Source of the DNA: the human T2T-CHM13v2.0 reference genome, Homo sapiens
Reading direction: 5' to 3' (one strand)
DNA: 64,000 bases
NCBI RefSeq assembly: GCF_009914755.1
Contig: NC_060947.1
Shown here: positions 54,269-64,000 of the stretch, piece after piece
How the letters are laid out: each line of letters opens with the position of its first letter
Position numbering within the stretch: the stretch's first letter is position 1
The notes under the pieces: model-generated
Seen by the model: the letters and a program-made list of their open reading frames with translations, nothing else
Databases searched by the model: none
Told to the model about the DNA's origin: nothing
Made by a program: the position numbers and the translations under genes

Positions 54269-54442
54269 CTCCCATCTGGTAAAACAAAAGAAAACAGAAA
54301 CAAAAACCAGGCAATTACACTACAGCATGGTAAGTGCCATGTTTGAAGTATTAGAGAGCTCCCATCAGGTAAAACAAAATAAAACAAAAACAAAAGCCAG
54401 GCAATTACACTACAGCATGGTGAGTGCCATGCTTGAGGTATT
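54269..54442. repeat. Two-copy tandem duplication, 90-bp period
   Basis: ctcccatc.ggtaaaacaaaa...ccaggcaattacactacagcatggt.agtgccatg.ttga.gtatt at 54269 and 54359. Confidence 0.95.
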
Positions 54443-54829
54443 CACTGGCTACAATTTGAGTAAATTACCCAAAGACTGTTTACCTTCCTGCTTTCATCCT
54501 GGAGTTAGGAGTCAGCCCGGATCCCGCCTGGGCAGGTCATGTTGTTGGCTCAGTCAATGAGAAGCCCATATCATCCTTCAGCCAGACATGTCAATGGCTT
54601 AATCGGGACCCCTGGGCTTCTTTCCTTCAAATTGTATGGTTGGAGTTAGAAAGTAGGATAATATTTTATGGAGTAAGTAATTTGGCTCATTAGATGCTGA
54701 TGAGCTATCATTTCTATCTATTGCCTTACAAGTCAAATCTCTGAAAGGAGTAAAGCCAGAAAGCTATAGACATAAAGAAGCACCTTCATTTTCACAAATA
54801 AACACTCTTTCAAAAAACTTCCTAAGCAG

Positions 54830-55022
54830 GGCCGGGCATGGTGGCTCACGCCTGTAATCCCAGCATTTTGGGAGGCCGAGGCAGGCGGATCACGAGGTCA
54901 GGAGATCGAGACCATCCTGGCTAACATGGTGAAACCCCGTCTCTACTAAAAATACAAAACCAAACAAATTAGCCAGGTGTGGTGGCGGGCACCTGTAGTC
55001 CCAGCTACTCCAAACAAAAAAA
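54830..55022 (+). mobile_element. Alu missing most of its right arm but keeping tail and TSD
   Basis: Stops at cccagctactc, followed by an A-rich tail; TSD aa.aacttccta(a/g)gcag at 54812 and 55021. Confidence 0.92.
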
Positions 55023-55233
55023 CAACTTCCTAGGCAGATGTGGATAGTATCACCTTGGCTCAACCAAAAAGGCTTTTCTTTGTCCACAGGTGCCCAATGA
55101 TGCCGGTTGTCTCCATTTATTCCACCTCTTCAAATGCAACTCATTACCAACAAGCGAGCAAATGCCATTTAAGCCACATGGCCATGGTCCTTATCCAAAT
55201 CTGACCAACATTTCAGGGCTCCTTTTGGCAGAG

Positions 55234-56139
<906 letters not shown>

Positions 56140-57167
56140 AGAGCAACACTTTCTTCTTGGCTTTCTTTAGTGCCATCTTTTCCCAACTATGTTTACTGAT
56201 GTTACTAATCCCTGTTATATTTGGTCTACATGTTTTGCTCCCCCAGTGATGTATTTTCTGGCAATATATTTATATTTACAAAACCATAGACTCTACTTAA
56301 TTTGAGACAACATATTTTTCAATACAGCTCAAAGTGCTCTTACATGATCTAATTATCAGTCCAGCATCTCCATGAGTTAAGTGACAGTAGGTATTCATTT
56401 CCACTTCACCATTAAGGAGACTGAAGCAGACAGCATTTTAGGGGCTTTGTCTAGAGCCACCGAGCTGAGCAGAGAATGGAACCTGGGTACCATTAGTCCA
56501 AGGAATAGTGCCATACACCACAGGCCCGCTCCATATGTAATAGCATTTGTAAATAGACAATTCACATTTGCAATTAAAAAAACAAATCTCTAAGCATCAA
56601 GAAATATCCATAGAAGTCCATAAAATTTTTGCATTGCCTGGATTTCAGCAAAAATGTAATTTTCCTTTCAAGCATCCAATGCTAGCCCGCATATCTTGTA
56701 GTCTAAAAAAAATGAAAATATTTTTTACAATAACTATTCCCCAGTTAAAATCTGTCACCAGGTAAAGGCTTGTTCTTTAGCTGTCCCACAGCATCACAAG
56801 CTACGATACGTAACTTCCTTCAGGTATGGCACATAAGCTAAATTTTGCCTCTTCCTAATAAATCCAGCTCAAGTTGGAAACCAGGAATATTTATGGGACA
56901 CATCGAGACCATTAATAAAACCAAATTTTAGTGAATATATGCAAAAATCTGATAATATAAATGTCTTGAGATCATTAAAGTATTTCGTGCTAAAGGGAAG
57001 AGCAACAATAGTTGCAAAGTCACAGCATTTGACACATTTTAGGTTTGAAACAGTTAATGAGTCATCAACAGATGCCCTTAAATGTGTTCCTATAAGCCTG
57101 AGGGAAAAATTGAATAGAATCAATCCTCGCTTAGCCTAAAATTAAAAGCATACATACCAATAATCAC

Positions 57168-58368
57168 TGTGGTATTGTGATTTATAATAAGAAATATATA
57201 TTTTGATTTTCATTCCTCCAAAAACTGTTGGAATCTCTGAAGTGATAGATGTTTTGTGTGCTAATGAATGACTGATGGCTGGGGGCTCCTGGATAGCCTC
57301 AGGATGAAGGCTGGTTGCCAAGGGAACCAACCATGTGATTAGAGGGTTGAAACTTTCAGCCAGACCAGCCCCACCACCTCTAGGAAAGGGAGAGGGGTTT
57401 AAGATTGAGTTGTTGACGGGGCATGGTGGCTTACGTCCATAATCCCAGGACTTTGTGGGAGGCTGAGGTAGGCAGATCGCTTGAGCTCAGGAGCTCCAGA
57501 CCAGCCTGGGCAACATGGCGAAATGCCGCCTCTAGGAAAAACAAAAATTAGCCGTGTGTCGTGGTGTGTGCCAGCAGTCCCAGTGACTCAGGAGGCTGAG
57601 GTGGGAGGATTGCTTGAGCCTGGGAGTTCGAGACCAGCCTGGAAAAGAAAGTGAGACCGTGCGCCTGTGGTCCCAGCTACTCAGGAGGTGGAAGTGGGAC
57701 GATTACTTGAACCCAGGAGGCAGACGTTGCAGTGAGCTGTGATCGCGCCACTGCACTCCAGCCTAGGTGATAGGGTGAGACCCTGTCTCAAAACAAAAGA
57801 TAAAAAGAGAGACTGAATTATTACCAATGACAAATGATTTAATCAGTCCTGCCTAATGAAGCCTCCACAAAACCCCAAAAAGACAGGGTTTAGAATGCTT
57901 CCATATTGGTGAACACATGGAGGTGACAAGAGGCTCTGCATCCCTCCCCACATACCTTTCCTTATGTACCTTGGCATCTGGCTGTTCATCTGTATCCTTT
58001 ATTGTATCCTTTCTTAAATAATAAACCAGTAAATGTAAGCAAGTGTTCCTTGAGTTCTGTGAGCTGTCCTAGCAAATTGTCAAACCCAAGGAGGGGGTCG
58101 TGGAAACCTTGATTTACAGCCAGAAGTACAGGTGACAACCTGGGACTTGAGATAGATGTCTGAAGGGGAGGGGGCAGACTTGTGGGACTGAGCTCTTAAT
58201 CTATGGGGCCTGCACTAATGCTGGTTAGTTTCAGAACTGAATTGAATTGTAAGACACCCAGCTAGTGTCGGAGTATTGGTCTCTGTCGGAAAAATTCACA
58301 CATTTTGATGACCAGAAGTGTGTGAGTGTATAGAGGAAAGAAAGAACTGTTTGATTTTTTTGTTTACA
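57168..58368 (+). mobile_element. MER21-family LTR containing an aberrant Alu
   Basis: ggatagcctcaggatgaaggctggttgcc...accaaccatgtgattagagggttg...gagttctgtgagctgtcctagcaaatt; TG...CA ends. Confidence 0.88.
57415..57808 (+). mobile_element. Three-arm (trimeric) AluJ-like element
   Basis: Left arm, extra FLAM-like arm (about 57550-57658), right arm, all within one TSD aga.tga.tt.tt. Confidence 0.8.
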
Positions 58369-58853
58369 GCCACCTAATGATATTCTTTATTATTAGGTGG
58401 GCATGAATTAGGAGTTACTTTTAAATAAAGCAACATATTTTAATATTAGCAAGAATCTTACAATTTTTCTAATAACACTTTAAAATGTTATTAATAGAAT
58501 GAAACCAGAAGCTAAATAATGATTAAATAACATTTAAAGAGCAACTTATACGTTATAAAGCCCTCTCACTTACATACAGTATTTGGGCCTCAAAACAGTC
58601 CCATGAGGTAGCATTCTCCTTTTACAAATGAGGAAACTGAAGGTCAGAAGTAGATGCAGTGATTAACCCAAAGTCTCATGATTGGTAAGTGAAAGAGCCA
58701 TCATGTGAACTCAAGTCTGTGTGACTCCAGATCCTAGAAAGCTTAAATAGCTGATTCTAGATTCCCAAGAATAAATATCTTCATTAGTAATTTGACTGGT
58801 TAGAGATAATTCCCACAATATTAAATTTTTTACTCTAAAATTGTCACTCTCAC

Positions 58854-58900
58854 TTCTCCACGAACAACTGTGATCTAGAGAAATCTGCGTTTTTGGAGAG
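58854..58900 (-). CDS. Candidate 47-nt internal coding exon of the minus-strand gene
   Basis: Long pyrimidine tract ttttctttttcctctctttcttttctatatacAG and donor AA|GTGAGA. Phase 0 reads LSKNADFSRSQLFVE+AA; the phase-2 alternative reads SPKTQISLDHSCSWR. Confidence 0.6.
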
Positions 58901-59336
58901 CTGTATATAGAAAAGAAAGAGAGGAAAAAGAAAATACAAGCATTTACTTTTTTCCGGTGTACACACTTCATGACAAGAAGGTACAGTTGTTCTCCACTGC
59001 TCTTGGGCTTGGCAACTGCAATGGGAAGGAATGGGCATCCAAATGCCAGTCTTCAGAGGCATTCCAGGTATCCCTCACTTAGGGCCTTGAAGCTGGGCTG
59101 AGGTAAGTAGGGCCTTCTCACCATTCTGCATGGCCTTCTCTTGTCAATCCATTCTAAGGTTTAGCATCCCATTTGGTCCAGAACAGCCTCTTCCAATCCT
59201 GTCTGTTTAGGTCCAGTTGTTTGGATTTTATCCTCAGCAACTAGCGAGGAAAACCTGTCTATGCATTGCAAATAACATTTCCTTTTAACATATTTTGAAA
59301 TTATTTTAAGTGAGATAAATGAGACAAAGCACCTCA

Positions 59337-61555
<2,219 letters not shown>

Positions 61556-62050
61556 CAGAGTCCAACTTCATACAAATAAGCCATGTTATTAGGTCTATCT
61601 TGGTGTCAACCAGTTTATAGTCAATTTTTGTTTCTATTCATGCTGAGTCAGTGGCAGGCAGCAGATGGAGATTTGCAGATCATACATCATTGCAACTCTC
61701 CAAAACCAAATGCCTACAAAGGCAGTGGAGGGACAGATGCAACCAAAGCAACAAAAGGCTAAGGGCATATTTGATAAAAATATATGGACTTTGAAAATTT
61801 GATCTTTGAAAAAAAAAATTGAGCCACTACAGCCCTTGATGTACAGAGTAGTAGACTCAGTAACATGATCTTATTGAGCTAAAATTAGGTGAGTGCAACA
61901 CGGAGCCTCAAAGACTTAAAAAGCCAACCCAGATCATTCAAGAAAACAGAAATAGGTGAACTAGATTTCTGGTTCTGGACAAGACAGAGTATACACATTT
62001 CTCTCTATTCCTCCAACTAATTCTAGATTTTACAGAAAACACACATGACA

Positions 62051-62185
62051 AGCCAGGTGCCATGGTGTGAGCCTACCGTCCTACCTACTTGGGAGGCTGA
62101 GGTGGAAGGATCACTTGAGGCCAGTAATTTGAGGCTGCAGTGAGCTGTGATCAGACCTATGAATAGCCACTGTACTCCAGCCTGA
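62051..62185 (+). mobile_element. Alu monomer (FRAM/FAM-like)
   Basis: agccaggtgccatggtgtgagcc...gaggctgcagtgagctgtgatc...ccactgtactccagcctg. Confidence 0.85.
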
Positions 62186-62249
62186 CATAATACATAAAAC
62201 AAGCAAAAGAAGGCACTGAAAAATAGAAAGATATATCATGTAGGCATCA

Positions 62250-62580
62250 ATTAAAATAAAGCAATAAGTAGCTATACTAATATTAGATAAAGTAGACTTT
62301 GGAACACAAAATTACCAAGAATGTAGGGGGACATTACATAATGATAAAAGGGTCAATCAACCAAGAACACACAGCCATTCTAAATGTGTGTGTAACAAAC
62401 AACAGAAATGCAAAATATATAAAGTGAAAACTGATGGAACTAAAAGGAGAAATAGACAAATCCACAGTTATAGTTAGAAACTTCGACCTCCTCTCTGGAA
62501 AACTGATAGAAAAACTAGAGAGAAAAACAACAAGGATATGCAAAAGGTCCACAAAACCAAATTAAGCAAACAGGACCTAA
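62250..62580 (+). mobile_element. Old L1M ORF2 endonuclease fragment, within old L1M 5' sequence spanning about 61960-63900
   Basis: gggacattacataatgataaaagggtcaatcaaccaagaa translates to GHYIMIKGSINQE. Confidence 0.85.
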
Positions 62581-62693
62581 CCACAGCTAGGAGACTTATT
62601 TCAGGAAGTCCCCCGAGGACTCAAGACCCCTCTTCCCCCAGAGACATCAGGATAAGCAGACGGAGATTGAAAAAGGGACTCAGTTATACCTAA

Positions 62694-63230
<537 letters not shown>

Positions 63231-64000
63231 TGAGGCAGGCTGGAAGAGCTACCAAAAGAGACAACTGCAGCAAGTATATGGGTCTAAGAGGCCTGTTAGT
63301 CCCCATGGACCCAAGAATTTCCTCCCCAAACCTGAGACACCAGGCTGGATAATACTATTAGGAGGATCTCAATACAACCCTCCCCCACCAAAAGACACCC
63401 AAGGGCTTGGCTTGGGGAAAGTCCTTGGCTTCCTTAGGCAGCACTAAGAGAGACCAGTGAAAAGTCCAATAATACTAAATAAACAGAGGAGACCTAAATA
63501 ACAACACAAATGCTGTGAAAATTAAACTCACAGTGGAACCACAGACAAAAAAAGTAGGCCAAGACCTATATGCTAAACCTAAACAGGGAGACTGCTTGCT
63601 AAAATAAAAGATTTAAATAGGACCCAGCATCCCTGAACATAATGTATAATATGTCTTGGAGCCAATAAAAAAAAATCATCCATCATACCTAAAACCAAGA
63701 AAATTGTGACTTAGCTCTGCAGGCCTCTCCCCAGTAAAACAACCATACCGGTGAAAATTCTAAAGCAGCCATTTACTGTCTCTGGAAATGTTCTTAATGC
63801 ATATAGCAAATAAGGAAAGATTTATTCAAGGAAGTCTACTAACCTTTGGTAGAAAGAGGGAGAGTCTGTAGCACTTGAGCCATGATCTACTCCCTCCCCT
63901 TCACACAGCAGGACCAGTACAGGTGGGTGTGGACAAAAAGAGGAGATACCCACAATTCCTAGCTCCCAGTCAAGAGCTATGTATCTCCCCAGGAGACCAA

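Overview
A 64-kb primate (human-like) genomic window dominated by interspersed repeats: L1PA and old L1M LINEs, L2, MIR, more than 20 Alus, ERV1/ERVL/MaLR solo LTRs, and hAT and Tc1-mariner DNA elements. Almost all ORFs in the supplied track are L1- or Alu-derived or look like noise. Two non-repeat signals stand out. (1) On the + strand, from about 21.9 to 44.1 kb, the unique islands between repeats translate, with stops and frameshifts, to motifs resembling VWD, C8 and TIL domains. They occur in the order VWD-C8-TIL-VWD-C8-TIL-VWD-C8, several with remnant splice sites. This suggests an ancient, intron-containing dead gene of the von Willebrand factor / gel-forming mucin / otogelin family; the match is by eye and needs HMM or synteny confirmation. 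(2) On the - strand lies the probable 3' end of a spliced gene I cannot name: a 47-nt exon at 58854-58900 that can splice in frame to candidate last exons at about 53.1 kb (ending ...HILTEV*) and about 42.8 kb. Also notable are a perfect zero-spacer p53 element in a MER61-type LTR, a perfect 22-bp hairpin, an orphan poly(A) with target-site duplication (TSD), and several nested or aberrant insertions. Repeat subfamily names are from recollection of consensus sequences, and boundaries of old repeats are approximate.
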